Assembly: GCA_043228905.1 (NCBI GenBank)
Contig: JBHGNT010000001.1
Coordinates: 30,008,001-30,072,000, forward strand
Length of the DNA: 64,000 nucleotides
Source of the DNA: Azolla caroliniana
Taxonomy: Eukaryota > Plantae > Polypodiophyta
Reading direction: 5' to 3'
Part shown: positions 49,783-64,000 of the stretch, in pieces
How positions within the stretch are numbered: the first letter of the stretch is position 1
Layout: each line of letters begins with the position of its first letter
Position numbers and translations under genes: made by a program
Notes under the pieces: model-generated
Seen by the model: the letters and a program-made list of their open reading frames with translations, nothing else
The model's database searches: none
What the model was told of the DNA's origin: nothing

Positions 49783-50263
49783 TTTCTCTCTATGACTTCG
49801 TCTTAGGAGTAAGGAACAGGGGAGTGGCTGTGATGATTTACTAAATATTTATAAAAGTAGGTCTCAATGCTTTATAAGTGAGGCCTACATTTGTAAATAC
49901 TTAATAAATCCCCCCTCGTTGACTTTTTCTTTTGTTGCCCCCTCCCTCCTTGACTTTGATTTTCCTCCCTTGACTCCGAAGGCAGACACACACATAATCT
50001 CCTCCAAACTCTCTTCTAGAAATACCACAATTGTGTGATACGATTTTCTTCTCCTTCCGAGAAATAGGCCGCACCTGCCATTATTTACCACCCATTCTCG
50101 TAATAAAGTCTTCCACCTTCTCGGGTTTCGTTTCATCTTCCCCCCCCCCCCTTTCTCCACCTGGAACTTCGATTGTTTGTCTTTGAATCTGTGCAATGGC
50201 GCTATAGAAGGACCATTGCTTGAGGATTTTCCACTAGCGATTTTCAAAGAGTGCGCGTACCAC

Positions 50264-50623
50264 TAACAATCGGCAAAGGTTCGGTTTGAACCGAACTGAA
50301 CCGAACCACAAAACCGCGGCTTAACATATTAAACAGTTCGGTTCAACCGTTAGAAATCGCGTTTTTTTTTTGTTTTTAAAATTTTCAGACATTATTCTCA
50401 CATTTTAGGAACATCTTTAAATTTTAAAATAATGAAATATTTTAAATTTTGACCTAAGTTGAAAACCAAAATTGAACCACGAAACCTCGGTTTTAACAGT
50501 TTTATGGTTTAACAGTTTGAAAAAAAAAAACGGTTTCGTGGTTCGGTTCGGTTCACTTTTCAAAAAAATTAAACAGTTCGGTTTTGACCCTCTCAAACCA
50601 AACCGAACCATTGCTGACTGTTA
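50264..50623. mobile_element. Non-autonomous hAT-type element (MITE), 360 bp
   Basis: Perfect 8-bp TSD CGTACCAC (50256-63, 50624-31). Imperfect 24-bp TIRs TAACAATCGGCAAAGGTTCGGTTT / AAACCGAACCATTGCTGACTGTTA and many subterminal AACCG motifs. Confidence 0.92.
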
Positions 50624-53600
50624 CGTACCACAATACCGTAAGAGGTTGCAAACAAGATAATGATAAATACTCAAGACGGGCCAAGAAATTTGTCTATTGG
50701 AGATAGTATATGTACGATGCCATGAAGGGCACAACAAAATGCAAGACCATGCATAGATAATTCTAAAGAGTTCTACATGGTGTCGCCCCGCTACTTTCGT
50801 GTTTATCCATGTGGGATCATTTTGGAGTGATGTCAGCACCATGTATCCAAGGATCAATTGAATGTTCGTCGCAACAATGGGCATTGCTTCGTAGTTTTGG
50901 AAAGCTTTCTTTGGAAGCCTTAAAACTAGGACAAAGAAATAAACTCATGGTTTAAGCAATGTTATTTATATTTCTTGTCAACATTGATCATGCCTTATTG
51001 TTGATTCTTCTCATGGAATCTTAAATTTATGTCATTGCTATAAATGTATAGCATTGCATGCAATGTCTTGGTTTTTAATAATCAACCAAGCCTCCTTTTC
51101 ATCAATTAAGTGTCAAGAATTTGTGAGCAGCATAGAATGCAATTTTAGTTGAAAATGTGCAACATGTTTAGATTGGTTCTTTTGCTTCATTTATAAAAAA
51201 AGTATCTAGTTGGCATGAGAAGACAATCAATCGTCATTTTTAGCGAACGAGGATATTTGAACATTTCCTTACATGTGGTTATTAATACGTTGTAGTTCAT
51301 AGTGTGTACATACCACAACAAACATGAAAGCTAACATCCTACCAACCATCTAGTACATATTTATTCGTGTCCCCTTGCACCCAAGTTTCTTTATCTTCGG
51401 TTTCACGCGTGGGGGCTATTTATTTGTTTGCAAGACTCTTCCTAATACCTCTATGCCGCAATCATTATTTGAGGATAAATCAACACTTACTCTAAATGTA
51501 GGTGCCACGTGTAGGAAGTTGGGACATGTGTGAATTGGTCATTACCCCAACAACATTAGTGTTAATCATTAAAGTGAATGTTATGTTAACCACTCTCAAT
51601 ACTAACCTAATCAAAAAATGTAATTAGATATTCTTAGTTCTTAATCTTTAAACTCGGGTGAAAGAGCATAAAAAGACAAAAGAGGACAAAATAAGCTTCG
51701 ATTATGTTTGCCACAAAATATCACAAACGAGAAATATATATTAGGTGTTGGATTTTGCCTAACAAAAAATTCTCTTCTTCATATGCTTCGTACGACCAGT
51801 ATGAGAGAAAAGTGGAACCTTTATAGGCAAAGGTGATTCCAACTTTTAAACAACCTCCTCGTTTTGTTTCATAATTGAAAATGTACCACGATACTTCGAG
51901 CAATATGTGTTTACCTTTCTTGAATAACAATACTATGTGTTTCATCAATGAGATTTTTATATTGATCTAAAGCTTCTTGTCTAGTGTAGCATGCGACATC
52001 CAACACATGTCGAAGATCTAAAATGATTTCCCTAACATCGTGGAAATTTTCATTCTCAATGCAATCATAGTTAGTGATCAAGGTTTATGTGCATCCATAT
52101 CTCAACTCTTGGAAACTCTTTTTGGCAATATCAATGACAATTGAACTTTCCCAGCCTCATAGTTCTCGTGTTGCATCATTGCTTAGCATAAGTTGAATTT
52201 CTTGTTTGGTGAAGCATTGTTCATATGTGGTCATTAGATCTCTTGAGGTCACCCATATAGGTGTTAAATTTCAAATTTTCTACATCTGGTTTAAATTCAT
52301 ACTTAATGCCACTTCTTTTGAAGGATTCGAAAGATTTGCCATTGCACTATTGTGTTTGATGGGTTCCATGATTTACAATACAGGAAAGAAAAAATGAACA
52401 ATAAGCAAATTATTTGAACAGGATAGCCACATGTGTGAGTACACAATATATGGAAAAAGGGTGTTTGACAAAAACAATCATATGTTCCAATTGCCGATGT
52501 GTGGACATGGACGACTAACTACAACAATCACTCGTCTTGAATGCACCCCATCTTACAGTGATTGAAAATGAAATGTCACATAAATAGTGCAACCAAAAAC
52601 ACAAATGCCAAACAACATCGACGGTTGATGAAGAGCAACAATGAGTGTGGTATAATGGGTACGGTGACACCGATAACAAGCAATATCGATGATGTGAGTA
52701 ACAACCAAAATTTACAAGTGATTGAAGGACAATGAATAACAACGAGGAGCAATGGAGAGTAACGAGAAGCACGACAAAAAAGGGGTGAAGGAGGCAACAT
52801 GTATACATTCTCTATTAGAAAATTGGGTTGTGCTTGATTATGTTAGAGTAAAAAAACCAAGGCATGAAAAGATGCTTCTTTTCTAAAGAGTAACTTTATG
52901 CAATACTACGATGGTGGCTTTGTACTTTGGACCACAACATGAAGTGATGCTCCTTGTGACATTAGTTCAATACTTTAGATGTTTATTGGTGTGAGAGGGA
53001 AATGTACAACTTCAATTATGCATTCAGACTCATTGATTTGGAGAGTTATTTTGGTTCTTTAGGCTTTCACCATAGAATCCTGAGCCCTTTGCCACTTGTT
53101 TTGTATAAGTTGAATACGCATAATTATGGATACCTTGGACTACTTGTGATGAGAAGAATTTTGGGTAACAACTTCTAATCTGGGTGTGTTATTTGGGGTT
53201 GTCTTCCAACACTCCGTATTATGTGTGTTTTGTCTCTTTGCGACATTGGTGGGAACATCTATTTATGCCATCCTTTTCAAGTTTCTAAGTGGACATCTCG
53301 AAAGCATTCTTTGTAAGTTTTCATCTCACTTTGAGGTTTCCAACAAGCATCACTAAAAAACCAGAAAATAAATTTGGTTGATTGAAACGTAAACTGTGAA
53401 GGCAATGACGTCACGTTATTCTTTAACACATTGATATCACTTTTCTATAACAAGCGAACATGCCAAAAAGAAAGAGGGTTCGAAAGGTGCATGAACCTAG
53501 TCAAGAATGCAGACCCTATGCCACTAAAGCGACTCAAATCTAAAAATGAGGACGAGGACGAGGAGGCAAAGTTAATGAAGCTAGACAAGAGTGAGAGAGG

Positions 53601-53997
53601 GAGCACGGGAAACTTGGGCCCTACCCTATTCTCTCCTTACATTTTCATCGTGGCGGTAAAGACCAACTACATGAATGAAGATGGGACCAGATCAAACATG
53701 CAAAAGACGGAACAAAGGTAAGATGGATGGATACAGATTTACAGTACATAGGGGTCGAGACCGAGACGATAAGAAATCTCTACGTATGCGGACCGAACTG
53801 AGAAGTGAATGAATGTGGACAAGATTAACGAGACTTTGTCCCTCGTGGGATGCGAACTATGTCCCTACCTCTCTTTTTCTCTCTCTTTTGTGGGCACATG
53901 GAACATGAACCCCACCCATCCTAAGGCCTAACCTTTAAATTTACTAACCTTGCCTACACCATTATGTACTAATTAGTGAAGGTTTTTTACACAAACT

Positions 53998-56231
53998 ATG
54001 GGAGCTCCAAACCCTAACCCAAACCCTAATCCTGTCCCTCCCTCCCCTGACCTTGTCACCGACCCTGATCATGCCCATCCAATCGACCCCGCCTTCATCG
54101 TCCCTGTTGAGCAACGACCTTCCTATCGCCGTAGCCATCCCACCATCGATCGAATCCCTACCATCGACCTATCTCCTCTCCACCTGCGGGAACAGGGTAC
54201 TGTGAAAGAATCTTATGTGTCCGAAGAAGCTACCGTGAAAGGAGATTCTTTGGATAGAGAAGCTATAGTGAGGGAAGTAGGCTTGGCTTGTGAGGAATGG
54301 GGATTCTTTCAAGTAATCAACCATGGAATTCCTTCTTCTTATATACAAAATCTGAAGGAAGCGGCTAGAGATTTTTTCAATCTTCCTATCGAAGAGAAAT
54401 TGAAGGTGAAGAGGAGCTCTGAGAATGCTTTAGGTTTTAACGATGGTGAGCTCACAAAGAATACTCGGGATTGGAAAGAGGTCTTTGATATCGTCACTGA
54501 TGGAGCTTATCGTCTCCCGATCGATGATGGAGATGGTGATGGCCAAGTTCAAGTCTTTCCTAATCGGTGGCCTTCAAACTTGCCTATGTTAAGGTTAGTT
54601 AATAGTGGATAGTTATACACAATTGATCAGGAGAGGAAGCCAATCATCCAAAGTAGTTCACATTTAATTCTGAGATTAAGGTAATTAATCAAAGAAGCTC
54701 ACCATTAATCATTAGACTGAGAAAATCTCTAATAGAGATTCGCATCGTGCCATAATTAGCAATAATGTTGAGGTAATCAGCTATACAGATGCTCGATTGG
54801 AGTTTCTATTCCTCCTGGATTGTCCATTTATCTGCCACTTCTCATTTTTATTACTGCTATCTCATGGATAAGTATGCCTTTAAGACTGTATCTTCCATTT
54901 ATGTACCTTCATAGTTCACATACCTCTGGTGAATTACCTTAACATCATGGTTAAATATGCCTTTAAGACATTATCTTGCCAAGCTGTGTACCTTCGTAAT
55001 TAATCTCCCCAATGTTCCCGTTTTTTAATTTCCACCTTAACCATGTGATTATCAGGTTGTTAATGTGCTATCTACCATAGTTTTTGTGATTGCAATGCTC
55101 GCTCAGTTACAGTGATAAATCTCATTCTTGTGATGCAGAAAGGCTTGTGAAGAATATGTTGCCAAAGCTGAGAAGCTAGCATTTACATTACTGGAACTCA
55201 TATCTGAAAGCCTTGGGCTTCCCCCACATGTATTCCATGAGCATTTTGTGTCGTCAGGAACGAGTCTTTTCCGATTAAATCACTATCCAGTTTGTCCAGC
55301 TCCCCATCTAGCTTTGGGCGTGAGTAGGCACAAGGATATTGGGGCCTTAACAATCCTCTTACAAGATGAAGTAGGTGGTTTGGAAGTAAGAAGGAAACAT
55401 GGAGAATGGATTGGCATCGAACCCAATAGCGAAGCTTTGGTCATCAATGTGGGAGATCTCATACAGGTCAGTATAAGAAAAAAAAACCAATTCGTGATTT
55501 GAGCGCATAGCATTGGTAATGCCCATATCTTGTCCACAATAAAGAAGAAGAAACTGTTACTTCGGCTGCCTGGCACAGTGAATGGGTATTTCTGAACTGT
55601 GAGACATTTGTTTCAGCCAGCATTTTTTTTTTGGATCCCTGCATCATGGATTTTGCACAATTGCCTTTGCATCATGATAAATTTCTCCTAGGCCAACATG
55701 CAGTTTCTTCGTTTCTTGGTTAGTTAAGAGGATACAAACGTATGTACTTATGAGTTGTCTCATAGGAGTTTTACAAGGCTGATACTGGTTATTTTGCTTT
55801 TCCAAACTACACATACAGTTGTATTTCTGATCCTAAAGGCAGCTGTGCGTTCCCCATAGGATACACTGAAACTCATGTATTTCTTTCTTTCATGTCAGGA
55901 ATGCCTTGAAACTTATTGGAAAGACCCCGTTATCATAGTTTTTAAGAAATTGTTCTGTTTTGAATTTCAGGTATACAGCAATGATAAATACAATAGTGTG
56001 GAACATAGAGTTGTCGTCCATGAGAATGTGGACAGGTACTCCTTTCCTCTTTTCTTCAACCCTGCTCATTGGGTGAATGTATCTCCTATAAAAGAACTCC
56101 TAGATGACGAGCATCCACCAAGGTATAGACCTTTCAATTGGGGAAGATATATCAAGAGCAGAAATGATAGCAATTTCAAGAACTTGGGGGTAGAGAATCG
56201 TCAGATCTACCACTACGCTGTAAATGTCTAG
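53998..56231 (+). CDS. 2-oxoglutarate/Fe(II)-dependent dioxygenase (DOXC class, At3g19000-like), 394 aa; exons 53998-54593, 55139-55466, 55971-56231
   Basis: IPTIDL, ACEEWGFFQVINHG, KNTRDWKEVFD, RLNHYP, iron ligands HKD and H(SVEHR), and 2OG-binding RYS; GT-AG introns in frame. Confidence 0.95.
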
Positions 56232-56954
56232 ACTCAATAAAGGAACCGGCCCGCGTATGCTTTGAATATAGTTGTAAAATAAAAAGAACTCAATTTCAAG
56301 CATTTACATCTTGAATAAGGATTCTACAAGATACATATATCAAAGATATGCTGTATGCTGTAATGCTTTGAGTGCTGCATATGGTTTCTACAAGCACTTG
56401 TAACAAACCTATTTTAAATGTGAATGGTTCTGCTTTCATTGATAAGATTTTTAGAAATTCAATGATATTTGCAGATCCCTAACCTTCGTAAAATTTGTTG
56501 CTGATAACTTGTCCGATGAAATAGTATTTAAACGAATCAGAGGGAGAGCAGAAGACAAGTTTGAATCATTGAACCATACTCAATTGTTTGCAATGTTTTG
56601 CATAGCATAATACATGCAGTAAATACTTTGATGAGAGATGTACTTTGATGATGATGAGAATTTGCAATTCATCATAAAGCAGTCTGATAATCAATATCCA
56701 AACTCTGCATTTGAAATATTTGAAAACCTTGTTGAAAATGAAGCATTTTTCATGACCAAGTAGTGAACAAAGAATTCAAGGGAGAGAACAAAGAATTCAT
56801 GGGCCATTCATTGAAAGCTCACAAAGGGCACAGAGTATAGACTACAGAAATGTAGATATTTACATACTTTTGGGCACAATATTTTTGTGCCTAGATACAA
56901 ATATATGTATGTATATAAAATGATATATACAATTTGCAGTACTTTTGTGAAGTT

Positions 56955-59900
56955 TTAGTCGCGAATTAAGGCATGCCATAATTCATGAGGTGGGGTTGAA
57001 AGCAAGATTTCAGACGCGTTGTGTTTCATTATCCAGAGGCCTCTCTTCACCTCGCTTTGAAGCTGCCCAACAAACCATTCGGCATGCCCGTGAAGCACTT
57101 GATGTGAAACCATGTTATAATCCTCATCGTTTCCACCACGACCAAAAATAGATGACACGTCACGACCAAGGAAAACACCTGGGAGCAATTCTTGACCTAA
57201 GTCTTTGTTATGAATGAGTTTTGTCTCGAGAACGTGGTTGAATAAACATGACGATGATTCTTTCAAGGAGCATCGGTTCAGGATCATCCAGTCATGAGGA
57301 GCAACAGGGCCACCAGTGCCGTGTGCGATTCGTTGTAAAAATGGGGGGTTGCCTAAAGTTGGTGGCAATTTTCTCTCCCATTCAGTTATCACGTCTTCCT
57401 GTGGCAAATAGCAAAGGGCAACAGCAAACGTGCTGTTCATACACATTCGAGGTAAATATTGACACATAAATATTGACTTATGTTTTATGGCAAACTAGGT
57501 TAATGATTCTTGAGCAATCCACAAGAAGAAAACGTAACTAAAGTGTCATAACGGTTGAAGCATAATTAAAATTGATGATACCCACCATTAGGATGAATTT
57601 CTCATGAACTGACGGGTCATAAAATTGATGCATGCGTATTCCTGGCACTAAAAATCTATTCCATGAAATATCATTAATATTTTTTTATAAGTATATGAGC
57701 TCCATTTATTCAATGCAATATCATTAATATTTTTTTATAAGTATACTTTCCACCTTCATTGCTATGGACTATTTTTAGTAAATGCAGTAGTCTTACAAAT
57801 CCAAATGCGGTGATCACAAGTTTTATTAAACTGTTCAAATAGTATTTTCTAACAAAAAACTATTGTTTGAATTTCATTCGCAAAAGCTAAATGTGCACAT
57901 ACTTGAATAAATACAATGTTCTTACAGTGTAAAAAAATCATGTTTTTTGTGATAGTGACAACAGTTCCTTCAGACAAAAAAGTAATCCATGATTTCTTTT
58001 TGTTACCTGTGCTGCCATATTTAGTATCAACCCACGAGATCCACTACACCTTTTATGTTCATAAAGAAGGACCTTGTAAATCAAAAACAAAAAGAGAAAG
58101 AGAAAAAAGACATTAGTCACAAGTATATGGAAAAGATAACTTTCAAAAATATAAAGACGCACCACTGAACCAAAGAAGAAAGGCGATGGCATTGCTGAAG
58201 TAGCAACTAGCAAAGTGCCCGGATTCAAATCAAGACGTCTTGATCCCCACCTGGATAACAAAATGTCTGGCCATTGGTTGCATATTTTAATGAGATACTT
58301 TCTAATGTCAGTACATGGGAAGTGTGGATATGGTGCAGAAAGAACAAATCTTGCTATAACCAACATGAAAGATGGAAGACTCTTGTAAGGTCATCTTTTG
58401 GATGCAAAATCAGAGAGTTCAATGTTCGGTCAATTTTAAATCTTCCCCATGAGTTCAAAGATATAACTGCGGATCTTTCATTCAGTGTTACTGAAATAAA
58501 TAAAGAAACATGCATCCATTTTAACCCTGTCTATGACAAGTTTGTCTTCCCCTTGTGGTGCAAAAAAGAAAAAGCATGATATCCTCCATATGTGCGGACC
58601 AAGAACCAAACACCAATTGGTGCTTAAGGTAAACTTGCCTGGTGTTTCTTTTGTTTATGGGCAAAGTTGGATACCAGGAATAAACAGATCTTCACAAAAC
58701 GTATAAGAGGAACGATAACAGAATAAGAAGATGACAAACAAATAAGAGCAACAAGTACCTAAGCTACAGATCCCCTGAAGGGAAGAGGGATGCCAAAATA
58801 AAATAAAGATTATCATTTAAAGAAAGAATATGATTTGAGAGGGTCTCTCTAGTAGTGCTAGAACAAGATTTGAATGTATGGTTCAAGGTCCGAGGATCGA
58901 TGTAAACATTTCAGTGTCTATGACAGGTAAAGAAGCAATTAGAGATGATACATATATCCAAAAACTCCATTCAGATAGTTCCAATGATGTGTTTCAACTT
59001 TCATTATTATTATTGACAAAGGCTTCAGGGATCTTGAAAACTCAACAAAAGTCAAAAGGTTAAAAAGATTGAATATCTGGAATCTACTTATTTGTAGCTC
59101 GTATGATCTATTTGTTTACGAGGTATAGTGGAGATTGCCACACAAAGGTTACGGACATTTCTATTCTTGCTTCGTCTTTCATGGTTAATTCCATGATTGT
59201 CAACATTTGATCCTCATATACACATACATGAGTTTTTATATTTAAACTTGCATATCACTTTAATGTGCTATTTACAAGACAATAATTTGAATTTTAAAAG
59301 CAGCTATATGATACAATGCCATTTATCAATGCTGCTGGCTGTTTCCATAGCTTATACCCATAAATGTGTAGTTATACTTTCATTTGCTAAATTACTCAAA
59401 ATGGTTATACTACGGATATCCACTGATAAATTAGTTGGCATCCACGACTATTAGTTACTAGTCTTACATTTTCTATCTATGGAATATTCAAAATAGTCCA
59501 ACTGAAGGCATACTTAACCACTCATTAAGAGAAAGACAGGTTTCCTGATTACCTGCATGGTTTGGATGCATATTTCTCTTCTGTATTGAAACGGAAGCTA
59601 CATGGAAGAATCTCCCGTGCCAATGTGAATCCACTTCCCAATTCCTCCAGTAGAGATTGTAGATTATGACCCGCAAGCACCAAGTAGCAAGCACACTATT
59701 ATTACCGAGTATTCAGGAAATGCTTAGCAAATCAAGTCATTACCACTAACAAGATTGCTGATCAAACACAGAAGATACTCATTTGCCCAACATACATCAT
59801 AAAACTCACCAAAACTACACAAAGACCAGCAACTTCACATGAATAACCAGTAAGGACCTTCCAAATCCTGTACAATAATGCTGGCCTTGGTGGTGCAACG

Positions 59901-62028
59901 GAGAACTTTTGTGTACAAACTGAGCATCTGTTATAGGACAGATTGTTACAATCTTTGTTTTCTAGAATGCATCCTAGACTGACTAAACACCTAAGTCTAA
60001 CTCAAATGAAAAACTAATATAAAAGGGATTCTTTTCATAAGTGTCTGGAAAGAATGGATTCAAAAGATGCCGTACATTAAGGCTGGACCATAATTTGCAC
60101 TAGGCCTTCTGCTTGACATTACTGCACTTTGCCACTTCCTCAAGCACTTGAAATGCACAAATGCTTGTGTTCCTAACATACCATAATTTCCCATAAATAA
60201 TTTTGAAAGTCAAAAACATTTACCAAAGAAAATTGAAAATAATATAGACATCTACTTACACATGCTTGTCTTCTGTCCTATGCAAAGATATCATTATATA
60301 ATTACCTCACATTATCTGTACATAATTAACTATACATATTTTGTAAAAACTTGAGTTTTTCATTTAACTTAAGATTCCAGTAAGGAAGAAACTGTTGCTT
60401 CTTCCACCACCTAGAGTGAACATATCTTTTGAAATGCGAAACTTCTGACTAACACATTGTTCTCCTCCTTCTCCAATAGAGAGTGAACGGAGCAAATGCA
60501 ATGTTGTAGTAAAGTCATTATAACAGGTTTCAAATTTGAGGGTTCAAATTCCCTTAATAGTTGGTTTTTCCAGGGAAATAAATTTGAACGCTTTAATTAA
60601 CCACAAGGTAACCTTTGAAATGACCTTCACAACATAATGTTATGCCATTCAAAAGAATATCAAGTCAAATTTTGCACTTTAAAAAAAATAAAACATTAAT
60701 ATTTTATAGTAAAATGTGCAATACTTAGTATGATGTAATATCATTCTCCTTATAATTATATATTTAAAACTAAAAATTCTATACATTGAACTTAGAAACA
60801 TAAAATATGGACCTACATTTTAAATCAAACTGTAATATAGACCATATTTACTCACGAAAAACATAAAACTACATAGATGTTGGATCACGAGATAGTAATT
60901 TCTTTGTCTAAAATGTGCTTTAAAATTAGTAGACTTTTAGGCCTACCAATTTTTAGCATTCAATGAACAGTAACAACCTATTTTTGTCCAAAACCTTTTA
61001 GAGTGCGTCATATGTTTTTGGTCAAAATAATGGATAATAAAAATCTCCTATAAGTTCCATATAAATCTAAAGATTTCGAGTCAGTAATGTTTAAGGTGTT
61101 TTGAATAATCACTTTGCACTCCAGCAGTGAATCAAGGATTTTAGATACATGCCTTTCAAAAGAAAGAGTAAAAACAAATTTGCACCTCATTTGTGAATGT
61201 TTCCTGAAAATGCCACCCTTGAAAATGAAAAGTACGGGTGCCCTTCAAATTGGAGAGCTCTGTTATAACATCGATGTTTAAATGTGAACTGCTTGAATAG
61301 CATCTATGCACATAATTGGATTTGTTTTCCTAGCATTGCCTTCTAACAAGCAATGTTTTCACAGTTGGTATTATTTCAACGCTGCTTATCGTTGATGGAC
61401 TTACAATGATTACTAGCCCTACTATCTCAGATATGAATCAATGCGTATTACAAAATCTTAGTTTGATAATAACCTAAAAAAAGGTTTTGTTGCAAGCTCA
61501 CAAACAACCATGATTTCGTAGATTGAATTCAAATACTAAGTTAACAACACCATTTTGTTTTAGATCTAAGACAATGCTGATATAGATCACAACAACAAAA
61601 TGGCAACAAATTACATAAATGCTCACAATTAGTGCACATTTCTTAACCCTTTGTTGTTTGCATGGAGAATCATAATCCTAACACTAAACGTATTGCTTTG
61701 ACACGGGAACTCCAAATGGACGGAGATATAACAATTAGGATATGGAAACCCTAAACAACCGAAACCTGACCTTGAGTGCATAAATTTGTCACAAAAATCA
61801 AACCTTACTGAAACATAATAGGGAACATGAAGATCCTAATTCTATTAAGACAATAAAGAAAATAATCAATAGAAAATAAATTGCACAGAAAACTTGAATG
61901 AAATTACCGCTACAACCACAGGGAGAAATCAGGCCATCTTCATCCAGAACCATCGAATCCGAAATTTTCGTGTTGAACAGCGGCGAAGTTTCGAGGCAGA
62001 TTCTGCATATTTCTTCAGCTTCCGCCAT
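56955..62028 (-). CDS. RING-CH (RINGv) - transmembrane - DUF179 (YqgE/AlgH-like) fusion protein, about 358 aa; exons 62028-61908, 60172-60076, 59927-59810, 59695-59553, 58250-58163, 58072-58007, 57398-56955
   Basis: C4HC3 ring CRIC..PCGCSGT..VHFKC..KW..CSVC, then hydrophobic VAGLCVVLCACYLVLAG. DUF179 motifs GTLLVA..FFGSVVLLYEH..GSRGLILN, GGPV, GHAEWFVGQLQSEV..GLW and LW. Seven GT-AG exons total 1077 nt in frame. Confidence 0.85.
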
Positions 62029-62202
62029 AGTCAAGAAGAAACAAGAAAGAAAGCAAAGAGAACAAGAAGTGGAGAAAGAAAGAAAAGAAATTATTTGATC
62101 AGGATCTGAGGAAACAGAAATGAACCCATATCGCAAAAAACGCAGTTTAGCATAACCCAAAACATCGAATTTTGTGTGACGATGATGCAGGAAGAGAAAA
62201 GG

Positions 62203-62275
62203 CGAGAGAGAGAGCCAGAGACAGAGAGAGACAGAGAGACAGAGACAGAGAGACAGAGAGACAGAGAGAGACAGA
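62203..62275. repeat. (AG)n/(AGAGAC)n microsatellite in the RING gene leader
   Basis: Directly visible. Confidence 0.9.
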
Positions 62276-64000
62276 GGTTTCCTGCGGGAATGAGGAAAGG
62301 ACATAAACGCAAATGTTTGCTTTTATTTATGGATATGTATGTCTATGTATATTCTAAATATACATATGTGTATGCTTATACCGTATACGTATGTATACGT
62401 GTAGACGGTATGTAGTATGTGTATGTGTATGTGTGTCTATATATAATCATATTTGCCAATCTATTCATATACTATGTGTGTAGACCAACAAGCAACAAGG
62501 TTTGACGTACAACCTACACTTTCATTTCATGGAACCTGTACTTTCAAATTTAAAGCATGCAACCGTACGGTAAATGCCACAAATTTCTTATGTAATCCAC
62601 CGTTGAAGAATAAAATGTTAACCTTATAAACCTATACAATCTTATGGAAGGATGGCATTTTAAGGCATACGTCATGACATGTTCATTCGTTAAATAACCT
62701 TTACGTTGTTGTCAATGATCCAATACTTCTACTCTCCTTACCCTTCCAAGCTTCAAAGTATGCAAGTCCTCATAACCTCTTCTAGATTTCGATCAACACT
62801 ATGTTGTTGTGACCAATGATATGATACTTCTCTATATGTTTATGCTCTTTTAAGTTTCCAAGTATATTACATCCACATGACCTCTTCGACTTTTATCTTC
62901 ATTGGTGTATTGCCTACCAACCACAAACATCAATCAACTGAACTTTTGAATAAAAAGTTCATCTAGATCTTGTTCATTTCTAATAGAGTTGGTTTTGATA
63001 TTGTCCAAATTTTCATTATCCATTCATCAAGATTACAAAAATATTTTCAAGATGCATACATGTTTTTACCTTTAAAAGCAAATTTTTATATAACATAACA
63101 TCATAATGCATTTCATATTTCTGTATTACATCCTTCCCAATGTGATTGCATAACACTTGTAACCATCTCTCTAGTGTGTGCATCTACTTTGTCCATAACT
63201 TCATCGTGATACTTCAAACAAAAGAGTTTTGTAGCAAAACTATCACATAATGTAGGTATCAAAATGTCTTATGTTTCATTCATAGACTATGGTCTCATCA
63301 CCTTTACTCATTCGACCCAAATGTAAGTGATGTTGGTGTGAAGTACCACTAATATCAACAAAGGCATGAATCCATCCTCAAGTACATTTTTCATGAAAAT
63401 TAGTATGAAATGCATCAATCAATAGCAAATAGCAATTGCATTGCTAGAATGAAAAGTTTTTATTTGAGATGTTCCCTACGGGTAGTAATATTTGGATGTG
63501 CCTCTTGATTCAAACTATTCAAAATGTTAAGCTCTCTAAGCGTATAAGCAAAAGACCATGGTCCATGACATGTATGCATATTTCTGTCTATACCTAAGCC
63601 ACGAACTTGCAGAGGGATCTGAATTATCTTAAATGTACACACAAAGCTGAGGAGTAAAGTTGCTTGCCATTAATATTTATTTCTTATCACAATTGTTAAA
63701 AGACCAACCATAAACACATATATCTATTGATTTATTCAGTGAACTTGAACCAAAACGTTTAAGAAATGAAAATGCTCATGTTTGTGATGTTTGTGTCTGT
63801 GGCTATGCCTATGTCATTATTGTGCAAATGCACGAGGTTCTAAATATATTGAATGTACACATCCATGTCTTAGCTCAAAAGCAACTTTACTCTTGGATTT
63901 TGCAATTCAAAATCAATTACCGACACAAATGTGTGTTTCTTTATCCTATGATCCAAATACTAGGGCATGATTTTTCAAGAACTATTGAACAATGTCCCTT

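Noticed and set aside
50640-53400. Decayed transposase or other coding remnants (also 20000-21700, 42560-43080, 62700-63700)
   Set aside because: They look like old repeats, but I could not recover diagnostic motifs or termini.
59488-59694. Track ORF frame (LATWCLRV...) as the RING gene exon
   Set aside because: Splice phases of the flanking exons require the other frame (CACYLVLAG...).

Overview
Eukaryotic nuclear DNA from a land plant. Spliceosomal GT-AG introns, plant gene families and the retroelement types suggest a non-seed plant such as a fern (inference). Genes reconstructed by hand from splice sites and reading frame: complex I plant-specific P1/11-kDa subunit (-), RPL21 (-), eIF1/SUI1 (-), two tandem intronless TM + ARM-like (BLE2-type) paralogues (+), an MKK6-like MAPKK (-), a 2OG-Fe(II) dioxygenase (+) and a RING-CH-TM-DUF179 fusion gene (-). 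Mobile DNA: a 5-kb decayed pogo (DD30D) transposon carrying LINE and sugar-transporter cargo, a solo LTR, a LINE remnant, an LTR remnant, a hAT MITE, and a deleted tRNA-Trp-primed Ty3/gypsy element. The gypsy contains an intact, very young Ty1/copia and sits in the promoter of the second ARM paralogue. Most worth following up: the RING-CH/DUF179 fusion, the gene-capturing pogo, the W-box-associated TM-ARM tandem pair with patchy homogenisation, and an array of splice-donor-like repeats in the eIF1 leader intron. All family assignments come from remembered motifs, not from database searches.
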